From positions 40,858,001 to 40,922,000 of the forward strand of contig NC_043014.1 in NCBI RefSeq assembly GCF_006345805.1: a stretch of 64,000 nt of DNA, given 5' to 3'. Below, piece after piece: positions 11,076 to 24,389 of the stretch (within the stretch, counting starts at the first letter, position 1; the number at the start of each line of letters is the position of its first letter). This DNA is from Octopus sinensis. Lineage: Eukaryota. A program made the position numbers and the translations under genes. The notes below the pieces were generated by a model. It had not been told where the DNA came from and made no database searches. It was given only the letters and a program-made list of their open reading frames with translations.

Positions 11076-13447
11076 AGTGTCACTGTCATACAAACAGTGT
11101 CAGTCATTTCGTGTATCCTGTGGAAACATATCTGACTATGGGAAAACATTATCCTGCTTGGAAACAGGTGAGGGTTGACCACAGGAAGGGCACTCAGCTA
11201 TAAAACTCCGTCTGATCCATGCAAGCATGGAAAAGTGGACTTTAAAATAATGATGATGACGACTATCTAAAATTAACCTTATGGGGCATCATGATGTTTC
11301 AGCAACCGTTTATGTCTTCATCATCATCGTCACTGCTTAACGTCCATCTTCCATGCTAGCATGGGTTGGACAGTTTCACAAGAGCCAGCCAGGCAGAAGC
11401 CTGCATCAGACTTCTGTGACTGTTTTCATAGGATTCTTACAGCTGGATGCCCTTCCTAACACCAACTACTCAGCAGAGTGGGCTTAGTGCTTTCTACGTG
11501 GCACGAGCACTGGCAAGGTCAGTTTTGGCTAGGTTTTGACTGGCTGGATGCCCTTCTGAACACCAACCACTTTACAGTGTGGACTGGGTGCTTTTAAGTG
11601 ACATCTGCACTGACAGGGGTCACCAGAATGCAAAATCTTACTCTGCTACCATACATAGTAGTATTGGTTGTTATATAAAACAACATGGAATGGACAAAAA
11701 GAAGAACATTTATATAACATCAGAAAATAGCTTCTTTCTTTGTGAGATAACGAAAATCACCTTCAGAATTATAATGTTAGAATGCTTTAAAATATCCAGA
11801 AGCCTTCTCTGTCGTAAAAAGGTGTGCATTTCAATTCATCTAAACAAATCAGTGAGTGTATATCATCATCATCACCCTCACCATCATCTTCATCTTTTAA
11901 CCATGTACAATCCATGTGTATCTTCTTATGACAGAGCATACTACTTAAGTCAGTCGGTGCTTCAACATTTGTTTCTATGAATGGAATAATCAGAAAGAAT
12001 GATTTTCAAATATACCCTATAGAGAAAATATTGAATATTCATCTTAAGGTTACTCTTGCTGGATGTCATGGTGTTTCTGTAACTGTTAGTCTCTTCAGCG
12101 GCAATTTTGTGCAAAGGCAGAATTTTATTCTGCCACTCTACATATATATATATATGTGAAATTAAACAGGGATTGTATCATCCCAAACTACTTTTGTTCA
12201 GTCAGCTGAACCTACAAGTCAGTAGGTTGGAGAATAGCAGCCTGAGTCTAAGTAATGCTGATCATCAGCAGAGGATGGGTATCTGCATTGAAATTCTCAA
12301 CAAAAATTTAAGAATGTATTGAAAATACAATTTAAAAAAAAAATTTTTAATTCAAGATTATGTAAGGTTGACAGATGTGGAATTTTTCTGTCAGGCAGAG
12401 GTTACAAATCTTTGATCCTAACTATAAGTGGTAGTGGTTGTTGGGGGGACATAAGCTTTTAACTGAGAACATTTTGAAAAGAAAGTAAAAGAGTAATTAT
12501 GGTAGAGTATCTAATCTGACACTTTTGCTTCTGCCTGAATTCTTCCAGAAAAAAAAATGTAACATGCACATACAAATGCGTGTGTGAGCATGTCTGTAAG
12601 CAGTGAAAGAGAACAAATTATACTTGATAATAATATCATCACACATATACATATATGGTTCGGATGTGCTGCTACATACAGAAAGTTTATGTCAATCATT
12701 TTAGCCATAGACTTTCTGTTCTTTCCTCTCCGTTATGGATATAATCATTGATAGTCACTCACAAAATAGCTCAGTTACTCTAGCATTTATCTCTGACTAG
12801 AAATACATTTTATTTCCAACCAGGCTTGTCATTTTGTATTAACTGGTATGTCATTTTATTCTGCATTGCCTCTCTTACATTATATTTAGCATTTTACTTT
12901 CACTTTCACTATGCTGCATCTTCGATATTGATTCGATTAGCATGGTATTTTTCTGATGTATAGTTGATTTATAACATACATTGGTAGATTTCAACTCATT
13001 GAATATTTAATCCTCAACAATGATAAATCCAGATTAAATTATTTCATATTAATAATACTGACATTGTCCTTGAAACAAATCTATTGTTTTGCTTGAAATA
13101 ATTACCAATAGAGAAAAATAATACATCTATATGTTTTAGAAATTGTCCATGGGAATCTATTCTTGATATTGTCTTTGTCTCTCTTTCTTCTATGTGTGTG
13201 TCTGTATGTGTTTGTATATGAATATGGATTAGATAATAGAAACGTGAGAGTCTACTGTACAGTGTTTTTACATGCATTTTTAATTCTATAGTATTTCATC
13301 TAAGAGGTAGTGAGGCTCACCCCAGATTCAATCCAGCTACTTTATCCCAAATCTTCACTGAAAGTACTCTTCCTTCGAAACTCCCATAACTAGCATTACA
13401 GCAGCCATCTGCATGTATTACATTTGATGACAAGAAACACAAACACA

Positions 13448-13487
<40 letters not shown>

Positions 13488-13778
13488 ATCATCATCATCA
13501 TCATTATTGTTCGACAATGGAATTTACCATGCTATGCCAGACTTCATGGTCCATCATAGCATTACGGAGGTCCTGTTGCTGGATGCCTGTATTCCTGGAG
13601 ATTACATCAGGGTAGACACACAAACACACACACAGTTGTGAAGCTAACAGACAAGACAGGTCAAATGGTCTGGACACATTACTCTGATTTTCTCAGTCTG
13701 CTCGCATGTCATACAGGTTCACACTTCACAGCTGTGTTGTTAGGAAGCACATTCATAAAAATTACTATAATCAACTAT

Positions 13779-14170
13779 AGGCGCAGGAGTGGCTGTGTGG
13801 TAAGTAGCTTGCTTACGAACCACATGGTTCCGGGTTCAGTCCCACTGTGTGGCACCTTGGGCAAGTGTCGTCTACTATAGCCTTCGGCCGACCAAAGGCT
13901 TGTGAATGGATTTGGTAGACGGAAACTGAAAGAAGCCCGTCGTATATAATTATATATATATGTGTGTGTCTGCGTTTGTCCCCCTAGCATTGCTTGACAA
14001 CCGATGCTGGTGTGTTTATGTCCCCGTAACTTAGCGGTTCGGCAAAAGAGACCGATAGAGTAAGTACTGGGCTTACAAAGAATAAGTCCCGGATTCGAGT
14101 TGCTCGACTAAAGGCAGTGCTCCAGCATGGCTGCAGTCAACTGACTGAAACAAGTAAAAGAGTAAAGAGT
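13779..14170 (+). mobile_element. SINE family A, full length
   Basis: AGGCGCAGGAGTGGCTGTGTGG head to AGTAAAAGAGTAAAGAG tail. Confidence 0.9.
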
Positions 14171-15261
14171 ATAATAGCAGTTGAACCAACAATGTATATT
14201 AATGTTTCAGAAAAACGACAATTCCATTTTGTCTTAGCAGAGCAAAATGGATATTCGGAAAGTCTTGGAAAAGTTGAAAATTCCTAGGAGTGTTAACTGT
14301 TCCTGTTAGATATGATTCATCATCAGTAATCACCGTTTACATAAGCAGTGACTGAACTGTCGTTGAGTCATTGCCTACAGCTCAACTCTTAGCATTAGTA
14401 ATTCTAATTCTAATGAACTGAAACCAATTTTGGCTGATGTCAAGCAATTGATGGAGGAGGATTCCATCCTGTCCCATCCCATCCAAAGCAGGATATCAAT
14501 TATATTTGTCATTGATACTGTTGTCTGGAAAAAATCTTGTGATCATAAAGTAAGGTTGTTGATCAGTGGAGATGCAATCACTTAATCGTGAAGTTCTCGA
14601 AAACGGAATTACATACAGTTTGGGTTACCGTGACATGATAATTATGTATGAAGAGTAGCAGTTACTGCAATAGCATTTCACCTGATCGGTGGAAGATGCT
14701 TGTTATTTAGAAGAAAAATGTGCATAAACTACAGTGCATATGTGCACACATGCATTGTGCACATGAACACATACATAAGCGAAATACTTCAGATTCAAAT
14801 TATAAAATGGCTTTTCAGAGAAAAATATTTCGTTTAGTTGAAGTTTTATATTGAAATAAATTTACTGTATCGTTTCCTCAATATAATCTGTAATGTGAGA
14901 TAGAGAAGGGTCATAAATGTTAGGAATACTGAAATAAATGTATTTGGCTTCCATTTTCTATGTTGTGAGCTGAAACCCTTTTTGATGTTGACTCTGATTT
15001 TCATTCTGCTAGGGCTAATAAAATATGTACCAAACTTGAACTGGAATGGATCCAGTCGATATCCTCATCCCCTTCAAGTTTCACATGTCAAAGAAAGAAA
15101 TCAATATAATGAAAACATTTAAAGCCACTGACTTTGTTTCTATGTACAAATATTCATAGGCTATCTTACGCAGAGCCATGCAATAGTCTCCTCTTCCTCA
15201 ATGCAAAACTCTCACATAATACTGCATAGAAATCAATCCGAAGATTTAGTAAATTTTCCTT

Positions 15262-15832
15262 GTGGCTGTATGGTAAGTAGCGTGTTTACCAACCTCCGGG
15301 TTCATTCCCACTGCATGGCACCTTGGGCAAGTGTCTTCTACTATAGCTTCGGGCCGACCAAATCCTTGTGAGTGGATTTGGTAGACGGAAACTGAAAGAA
15401 GCCCGTCGTATATATGTATATATATGTATATGTATATGTTTACTACACTCTCGGAGTGGTTGGCATTAGGAAGGGCATCCAGCTGTAGAAACACTGCCAG
15501 ATCAGACTGGAGCCTGGTGCAGCCTTCTGGCTTCCCAGATCCCCGGTCGAACCTTCCAACCCATGCTAGCATTTAGAACGGACATTAAACGATGATGATG
15601 ATGATGATGTGTACGTGTATATGTTTGTGTGTCTGTGTTTGTCCCCCCAACATCGCTTGACTACTGATGCTGGTGTGTTTACCTCCCCGTAACTTAGCGG
15701 TTCGATAAAAAAGACCGATAAAATAAGTACTAGGCTTACAAAGAATAAGTCCTGGGGTCTATTTGCTCAACTAAAGGTGGTGCTCCAGCATGGCCACAGT
15801 CAAATGACTAAAACGAGTGAAAGAGTAAAGAG
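15262..15832 (+). mobile_element. SINE family A with nested family C (15442-15608)
   Basis: Family C copy sits in the internal TA/TG microsatellite of family A. Confidence 0.85.
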
Positions 15833-15867
15833 AGTTACATCCAAGTGCATTTTACAGATTATTTGAT

Positions 15868-16259
15868 TTACTCTTTTACTCTTTTACTTGTTTCAGTCAT
15901 TTGACTGCGGCCATGCTGGAGCACCGCCTTAAATCGAGCAACTCGACCCCAGGACTTATTCTTTTGTAAGCTCAGTACCTTTTGCCAAACCGCTAAGTAA
16001 TGGGGACGTAAACACACCAGCATCGGTTGTCAAGCAATGCTAGGGGGACAAACACAGACACACAAACACACACACACGCATATATATATATACATATATA
16101 TGACGGGCTTCTTTCAGTTTCCGTCTACCAAATCCACTCGCAAGGCTTTGGTCGGCCCGAGGCTATAGCAGAAGACACTTGCCCAAGGTGCCACGCAGTG
16201 GGACTGAACCCGGAACCATGTGGTTGGTAAACAAGCTACTTACCACACAGCCACTCCTG
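15868..16259 (-). mobile_element. SINE family A
   Basis: Reverse copy, tail-to-tail with the copy ending at 15832 (~35 bp apart). Confidence 0.9.
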
Positions 16260-17576
16260 TATGTTTTATAAAGATTATAATCTCTTAATGAAACTCTTTA
16301 TCTTTTTACATTGAGTCTATTACACCATTGCAATCTGTACAGTTTGTCCTGTGGCAACTGCAAGAGTCTTATTTACAGTACTGGATTTCTATATCCAGAC
16401 TTGCTCAAAATATTTGCTGCTATTAACAGATGTCTGAAAAACAAGACATTGTTATCTGTTTCTGCTTAGATGAATAGGTTTCTTTACAAGTGTCACATTG
16501 ACATCAGCTGGTTCTTTACATTCAATACTTTTTTTTAATTCTCAGCATGCTTCTTTCCCATGTCTCTTTGGTTTTTTTTTTTTGTTGTTTCCATTCTTTG
16601 TTCTTAGATTTATTTTTCCCTCCATTTTTTTCTATGATAATGTTATTGCTGAGTTAAAATGAATACAGTTTTTTTTTTTTAATTTTAAAAAAATTTTTCT
16701 TTTTTTTAGGGGTGGGATCTATCTGTTGCATGTATTCATTAGAAATAATAACTTTCTGTTTCAATTTTTTTTTTTTTTTTTTTGTTAATGTGATCAAAAT
16801 AAAACATCCACAGTTGTTGTTACATAAAGCGAATCCTTATTACATGCATTTTATGTATGATGTGTTGCTAGAATATTTCTTTTTTAACATGATTCTTTAT
16901 TTCTTCCCACAAAATGTTGCGTTTATATTATAATAATAATATGTAACGAGTAGAATGAGTTTCCAAAACGAAAGACAGTTGAAATCCATTGCATAGTGAT
17001 CAGTGATCAGCATTATGCCATTTTTCCTTCTCTGTTCTTTTTTTATCAATCTATAAAAAAAAAAAAAAAAAAAATGAATATCAAAATTAATATTGAAAGC
17101 TTATTGCAAAGTGTTATTAATAACCAAAATGTCAAAATTACCTCCCACTAGGGTTCTGTTCATGGCCACAGAATAAATAATTCGCTTCTGGTTAGTTACT
17201 GATCTTATAGAATGCATATATAACTTACATTACGATATTGCTCAAATGTCTGAACCAGTGCTGGTGCTACGCATGCATGGAGCTCTTAATCCATACCCAA
17301 AACCATGTCATCTGATTGATTGGCAAATATTTTACTAACTGCTTCTCTTTGCTTCTTTCACTCTGCTAGATACTGCTTTCTCTGAACTAACAAGCTGTTT
17401 AGTACTTCTACCCAAGGAGTTTGCTTCTGAACCGAATGGTTCCGGGTTCAGTCCCACTATGTGGAACCTTAGGCAACTGCCGTCTGCCATAGTCTTGGGC
17501 CAACCAAAGCCTTATGAGTGAATTTGGTAAGATGGAAGCTGGAAGAATGTGTTTAGTACTTTTGCCCAAGCTAGTG

Positions 17577-17835
17577 AAGGTGCATGGCTCAGTGGTTAGA
17601 GTGGCAGGCTTATAATCATGAGGTTGTGAGTTCGATTCCTGGACCAGGTTGTGTGTTGTGATCTTGAGCAAGACACTTTAATTTTTGTTGCTCCAGTTCA
17701 TTCAGCTGTAGACGTCACTAGTGGCAAGATGTATCAGCATTTGCATTTCCCTTGGACCACATTGCCTGGACTTGAACTTCAGAGGGGAACTTCTAGGTGC
17801 AATTCCATAGTCATTTGTGACCAAAAGAGGTCTTT
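17577..17835 (+). mobile_element. tRNA-derived SINE family D (CORE-like body)
   Basis: TGGCTCAGTGGTTAGAG A box, GAGTTCGATTCC B box, TTGAGCAAGACACTT core; reverse copies at ~23420-23690 and 54335-54678. CORE assignment is from recalled similarity. Confidence 0.75.
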
Positions 17836-17882
17836 CAAACTACCCAATCCACACTTAACCTTTTAAACTGAAATCTAATTAC

Positions 17883-18097
17883 TTAACCCTTTAGCATTCA
17901 TATTGCTCCCTTAACCTTTTAGTATCTAAACTGGCCATATCCGGCCATATCCGGCCAAAATAGTCTACCTGTTTTAGGGCCAAACTTGCTAGATCCTGCT
18001 ACTCATACCTATCCTACAATGTCATTCTAAGGATAAGCAGTCACATCATTGAAATCTTGAGGCTCAAAGATAATACATGAGTAATTAATTCCAAGCA
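17883..18097. mobile_element. piggyBac-like MITE, truncated by a family A SINE
   Basis: TTAACCCTTTAGCATT start; body shared with 2509-2965. Confidence 0.6.
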
Positions 18098-18451
18098 AGG
18101 TGCAGGAGTGGCTGTATGGTAAGAAGCTTGCTTCCCAACCACATGATTCCGGGTTCAGTCCCACTGCATGGCACCTTGGATGTCTTCTACTATAGTCTTG
18201 GGCTGACCAAAGCCTTATGAGTGGATTTGGTAGATGGAAACTGAAAGAAGTCCATCTGTGTGTGTGTGTGTGTGTCCATTGCTTGACAACCGGTGTTGGT
18301 GTGTTTATGTCCCTGTCACTTAGCAGTTCGGCAAAAAGAGACTGATAGAATAAAATATAATTGTCTATGTTCAATGTTATTTAACTAATGTAAAATATTG
18401 CTTCCTTATGTTTCTATTGAATCTGATCAAAGTTTTCTTTTTCTTTTCTAG

Positions 18452-18522
18452 AGAATGGCAAATGCAGAGAACCTTTCAAACCAGCTTGTCCATTCATAGT
18501 CCAGATGTAGTTTTTGTTTTAG
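18452..18522 (+). CDS. MPPE1: Metallophosphoesterase 1 (PGAP5/Cdc1 family), internal coding exon A
   Basis: Acceptor ttttctAG, donor GTaact; 71 nt, phase 2 in / 1 out. Encodes (R)EWQMQRTFQTSLSIHSPDVVFVL(G), matching the MPPE1 segment [25 protein letters not shown]. Confidence 0.95.
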
Positions 18523-18736
18523 GTAACTAATGTTTTATTCTTAAAGTTCTGAAATTTTTCTCTTAATTTTTCTCATATTTTTCTCTTGATACAAAGAAAA
18601 TATATGACATATTTGGAAGGACCATGTGCAATTTTCATGGAAGCTTATGTTTAGAATTTGTAGGATTTATCAACATGTTTGGAAGGACCATATGCAATTT
18701 TCATGGAATCTTATGTTTAGAATATATAAAATATAT

Positions 18737-19414
18737 AGGTGCAGGCATGGCTATATGGTAAGAAGTTAGCTTCTCAACCATATGGTTCCAGGTTCAGTCT
18801 CACTGCATGATACCTTGGGCGAGTGCCTTCAACTGTAGCCTCAGTCTAACCAAAGCCTTGTGAGTGAATTTGGTAGACAGAAACTGAAAGAATGTGTTTA
18901 CTTCCTAATGACCTATCAGTTTGGCAAAAGAGACTGATAGAATAAGTACCAGGCTTTATACAAAAAATAAGAACTGGGCTCGATTTATTTTCTCTCTCTC
19001 TCTCTTTCTCTTTTACTTGTTTCAGTCATTTGACTGCGGCCATGCTGGAGCACCGCCTTTAGTCGAGCAGATCGACCCCGGGACTTATTCTTTGTAAGCC
19101 CAGTACTTATTCTATCAGTCTCTTTTGCCGAACCGCTAAGTGACGGGGGACATAAACACACCAGCATCGGTTGTCAAGCAATGTTAGGGGGACAAACACA
19201 GACACACAAACATATACACACACATACATATATATATATATACATATATACGACGGGCTTCTTTCAGTTTCCGTCTACCAAATCCACTCACAAGGCATTG
19301 GTCGGCCCGGGGCTATAGCAGAAGACACTTGCCCAAGATGCCACGCAGTGGGACTGAACCCGGAACCATGTGGTTGGTAAGCAAGCTACTTACCACACAG
19401 CCACTCCTGCGCCT
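18737..19414. mobile_element. Two family A SINEs, tail-to-tail (+ 18737-18985, - 18990-19414)
   Basis: Diverged + copy directly abutting a full - copy, about 215 bp downstream of exon A. Confidence 0.85.
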
Positions 19415-19742
19415 TATTTGATTGAAAAGCAAAAAAAAAAAAATTCTTCAAGGTGGTACCCCAGCATGACCGCAGTCTAAAGGATTAGATTAAATGATTA
19501 AAAAGACTATCAAGAATTTAGCAAATGGCTTAAAGAACATTGGAAAAAATCACATACAAAAGAAATTCTTCTTCTGTAATCTTCCAATATATGTATTAGA
19601 TAAACATAATGGATTGAATGGTAGTCTTACCATGGGTATTAAGTCAAAACATCTGAAGGCTGCTCTGCTTCAACAGGTAACTGAATCAATTGTCTGAGTA
19701 GGACGGCTTAAATGCTCTTTGCTCAAAATACACAGATGCTCA

Positions 19743-19774
<32 letters not shown>

Positions 19775-19883
19775 GACACACATACTCACACACCAATAAT
19801 ATACTGCTGGTCTATTTTTATTTCCTTTTCCTTATATATTCTAAATTTATTATTATCAACTATTTTATATTACAATTATATAT

Positions 19884-20278
19884 AACTAGCAGTATCGTCC
19901 AGCGTTGCTCGGGTTTGTTTCAACCCTTTAAAATTGGAATTTTTGAAAAGTAAAAATTTTGCATCATGTAGCTTTTTATTCTCTTTAAGTGAACATTTTT
20001 CTGGTTGAAATACACCAAAAAATGGTGACACAGCAGTAAAAAAAATCGTAAAAAATAGGGATTTTCATAGAAAAAAAGCACCTTTTTGATGTAAATACTT
20101 TTTGGTGTTAACATGGTCCGATTTGAATTTTTCTTCTATGGAAGGAAGAGCAAGCCTTCTTCTATCATACTCTCAATTTTGGTCAACTTGCGCTGCAGGG
20201 TCACGGAGGAGATAGTGTTAGTTGAAGGCTACCAAACCTGCCATACACAGACAACTTCAGCTTTATATATAGAGAGAT
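19884..20278 (+). mobile_element. Non-autonomous Helitron/Helentron-like element
   Basis: AACTAGCAGTATCGTCCAGCGTTGCTCGGG start; TTATATATAGAGAGAT end; same body reversed at ~52077-52443. Confidence 0.65.
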
Positions 20279-20475
20279 TTAATATTAGTTTCAAATTTTG
20301 GCTCAATGCCAGCAATTTCAGGGAAGAGGTAAATTGATTACATTGACCACAGCGATCAATTGATACTTAGTTTATCGACCCCAAAAGAATCAAAGGCAAA
20401 GTCAACCTCAGTGGAATTTGAACTCAGAACATAATGACAAATAAAATACTGCTAAGTGTTTTTTCTGTTCACTGC

Positions 20476-20740
20476 CTTCATCATCGTTTAACGTCCATTT
20501 TCCATGCTAACATGGGTTGGACAGTTCGACCGGGGTCTGGGAAGCCAGAAGGCTGCACCAGGCTCCAGTCTGATCTGGCAGTGTTTCTACAGCTGGATGC
20601 CCTTCCTAACGTCAACCACTCCGTGAGTGTAGTGGGTGTTTTTTACGTGCCAGTCGAGGCTGGCAACGGCTATGATCAGATTGGTGCTTTTTACGTACCA
20701 TCGGCACAGAAGCCAGTCAAGGCGGCACTGGCATCGGCCA
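20476..20740 (-). mobile_element. Family C
   Basis: Reverse copy with CAT tail and GGATGCCCTTCC. Confidence 0.8.
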
Positions 20741-21119
20741 CGTTTATATACATAAGATTTAATATTTCAGCTATATATAAATTAGCTTTTTCTACTTTGC
20801 GCACAAGGCTTGAAATTTTTTCCATGCTGTATGGGTCAGACAGAATTTGTCAAGGCAGATTTTCTATGGCTGGAAGCTTTTCCCATCACTAACCCTCGCT
20901 TGTTTCCAAGCAAGGTAATATTTCCCCATTGCCAGACATGTCATGCATGAAAAACTGGAAATGAACAAAACTGCTATGGTTGATAATCTCAAGGAATCTG
21001 TTTTAGTGTAAGCCCCAATGGTCACTGTATTCTGTGAGGAGAAAGAATTCCAGAAATTATTAGTTTTGAAAGACAAGATGATGAGATACTGTGACAAAAA
21101 CACTATTCCCTTTTTCCCT

Positions 21120-21523
21120 TTTCCATTTTACTTGTTTCAGTCATGTGACTGTGGCCATGCTGGAGCACCGCCTTTAGCCGAGCGAATCGACCCCAGGACT
21201 TATTCTTTGTAATCCTAGTACTTATTCTATCGGTCTCTTTTTTGCCGAACTGCTAAGTTACGGGGACGTAAACACACCAGCATCGGTTGTCAAGCGATGT
21301 TGGGGGGGACAAACACAGACACACAAACACACACATACATATATATATATACATAGATACGACAGGCTTCTTTCAGTTTCCGTCTACTAAATCCACTCAC
21401 AAGGCTTTGGTCAGCCCGAGGCTATAGTAGAAGACACTTACCCAAGGTGCCACGCAGTGGGAATGAACCCGGAACCATGTGGTTCATAAGCAAGCTACTT
21501 ACCACACAGCCACTCCTACGCCT
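21120..21523 (-). mobile_element. SINE family A
   Basis: Full reverse copy. Confidence 0.9.
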
Positions 21524-21808
21524 ACTATTAACGGGATATGTGATGCATCCATCATTAGTCATAATGATTGATGTACAACAGAAGAAGCACGATGATTTTA
21601 TACGATATGTGATAGTTATCTTGCAGATAATTGTAATATTATATTATACATAATTGTAACATTATATCATATATGTTATCTTGCATATAGTCTAAATATC
21701 ATATATAACTGTAACATCATATCATATATAATAGTTATCTTGCATATAATTTTAATATTATACATAATTGCAGCCTTATATCATATATGATATTTTAATA
21801 TAAGTACC

Positions 21809-22210
21809 AGGCGCAGGAGTGGCTGTGTGGTAAGTAGCTTGCTTACCAACTACATGGTTCCGGGTTCAGTCTCACTGTGTGGCACCTTGGGTAGTTGTCT
21901 TCTACTATAGCTATGGGTTGACCAAAGCTGTGTGAGTGGATTTGGTAGACAGAAACTGAAAGAAGTCCGTTGTATAAATGTATATATGTATGAGTGTGTA
22001 TATGTTTGTGTGTTTGTGTTTGTCCCCCCCAAATCACTTCACAACTGATACTGGTGTGTTTACATCCCTGTAACTTAGTGGTTTGGTAAAAGAAACCTAT
22101 AGAATAAGTACTAGGCTTACAAAGAATAAGTCCTGGGGTCGATTTGCTCGATTAAAAGCGGTGCTCCAGCATGGCCGCAGTCAAATGACTGAAACAAGTA
22201 TAAGAGTAGA
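21809..22210 (+). mobile_element. SINE family A
   Basis: Full forward copy, head-to-head with 21120-21523 across an AT-rich spacer. Confidence 0.9.
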
Positions 22211-22321
22211 TAAACAAGGAGATGACATTTTTAAAGCTACTCCAGAATGGCCGGGGTAATTCATTAAACTAGCTATCCGAACTGAGTTTCATATTCTAAT
22301 AAATCTATGTGTTACACATGA

Positions 22322-22575
22322 TCACGTGACTGACCAGGCTATCAGATTTTGTCACACATCACTGGTCACAATGCGCTTTTGAATTGCTTTAGCCTTCAAA
22401 TGACACTGCCCTGCTGGCTAGGTGGGCAGGCCAACATTCCCACCTCACAGGAAGAGGCACTGGAGCAACATGAAATGAAGTGTTTTGCTCAAGAACACAA
22501 CGCGTTGCCCAATCAGGGAATCGAACCCACAATCCAGTGATCATGAGCGCAACTGCCTAACAATTCAGCCACGCA
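22322..22575 (-). mobile_element. tRNA-headed SINE with D-type core and E-type tail
   Basis: Reverse strand reads: head, TTGAGCAAAACACTT core, then the GGCCTGC..GAAGGCTAAA..CAATGC..GTCACGTGA tail. Confidence 0.65.
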
Positions 22576-22729
22576 TCTTAATTAGGCACATGACCAAGTG
22601 TTTAGACTGTTTTGTAGAAAAAGAAAGAGAAAAAAAAAATCTGTAAAGTAGTATGATGACTGTTTAGATTAGATATGTGGAATATAGTTGTGATGGAACT
22701 AAAACACTATATTTTCTTTTTTTTAATAG

Positions 22730-22871
22730 GAGATTTATTTGACGAAGGCAAATGGAGTTCTGATAAGGAATTCCAGTATCATGTCGATCGTTTTAAAAAG
22801 ATGTTTCATCATTCCAAAGATATATCATTCTATGCTGTTGTTGGCAATCATGATATAGGTTTTCATTATGA
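22730..22871 (+). CDS. MPPE1: Metallophosphoesterase 1, exon B
   Basis: Polypyrimidine tract then taatAG, donor GTaagt; 142 nt, phase 1/2. Encodes (G)DLFDEGKWSSDKEFQYHVDRFKKMFHHSKDISFYAVVGNHDIGFHY with the GDxxD and GNHD metal-binding motifs. Confidence 0.97.
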
Positions 22872-23880
22872 GTAAGTATACTTTTTGAAATTATTTTCTT
22901 TTTTTTCTTTTTTATTTTCTCTTCTTGGAAAGGAGGTTTTGAATGTTTTGAACAAGAATATAAAGTTAAAATATCTTCTTTTTTCTTTTGGTATCATCAT
23001 ATTTGATGCTGACCTGCTTGTGACTGCCTTTCGTGTCTCTATATAATTATAATAGCTGATATAAATCTAACTGCCGTTCGGTTTTCACTAGTCATGCTTT
23101 ACATGGAATAGAAAGTAGGCAAAAGCAAGTATGAAATAGATAGGTGGATTGACAGACAGACACAGATAGATAGATAGATAGAGAGAGAGAGTTAACATAA
23201 GGGGTGTAGGATTAGTGCACATGCTAAGCTTGATGACAGGCAATGCATAAGTGAACGTCTCTCTCAGACACACACAGTGAAAGAGAAATAGTCAGAGACA
23301 GCGGAGGAAAGTGAGTACTATTAGATCTTTGTAAGATAGTTCTCTGTAACAGAATGCAAGAAAGTGTTCTCCTAATAGTCCATTGCAGTTAATATATTTA
23401 TATCTATAAAAGGGTAAAGACCCCCTTCGGTCATGAATGACAATGGGGTTGCACTTAGAAAATTCCCCTCCGAGGCACATGTCCAGGCAATGTTGCTTAC
23501 CTCTCCATGCCACCGATGTTATCCAAGGGAAATACAAAGGCCAGTACATGGCAACTCATTTCTACAACTGAGTGAACTAGAGCAACGTGAAATGAAGTGT
23601 CTTGCTCAAGAACACAGCCTAGTCCTGGAACTGAACTTACTACCTTGTGATTGTGAGCTCAATGCTCTAACCACTGAACCATGCACCTTCACACACACAT
23701 ACATACATACTGAGTTTTTTTACTCCTATCTTTAGCAAAGCAGGTGCTTATTAGTACCCTATTATATATAAATATATTTCTATATTTTATATGTTTTTTT
23801 AAAATTTTGCTTTTACAGCTTTTATGCTTGCAGCCACTAACGTTATTATTTTTATGAATAATAATGTTCTTTTATATATC

Positions 23881-24054
23881 TCTTTTTCTCTTTTTCTCTT
23901 TTACTTGTTTCAGTCATTTGACTGCGGCCATGCTGGAGCACCGCCTTTTAGTACTTATTCTATCGGTCTCTTTTGCCGAACCGCTAAGTAACGGGGACAT
24001 AAGCACACCAGCATCGGTTGTCAAGCAATGCTAGGGGGACAAACACAAACACAC

Positions 24055-24085
<31 letters not shown>

Positions 24086-24246
24086 CGACAGGCTTCTTTC
24101 AGTTTCCGTCTACCAAATCCACTCACAAGGCTTTGGTCGGCCCGGGGCTACAGTAGAAGACACTTGCCCAAGATGCCACGCAGTGGGACTGAACCCGGAA
24201 CCATGTGGCAGGTAGACAAGCTACTTACCACACAGCCACTCCTGCG

Positions 24247-24249
<3 letters not shown>
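23881..24249 (-). mobile_element. SINE family A (internally deleted)
   Basis: Reverse copy lacking part of the 3' body. Confidence 0.85.
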
Positions 24250-24296
<47 letters not shown>

Positions 24297-24389
24297 CTGC
24301 TCGCTTAGCCAGCGGGGTGGCGTCATTCGAAGGGTAAAACAATGCGAACGCATTGTGACAACATCTGATGGTCTGGTCGGTCACGTGTA

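Noticed and set aside
18611-18723. 67-bp-period tandem duplication just after exon A
   Set aside because: Ordinary two-copy slippage duplication in an intron with no splice or structural signal.
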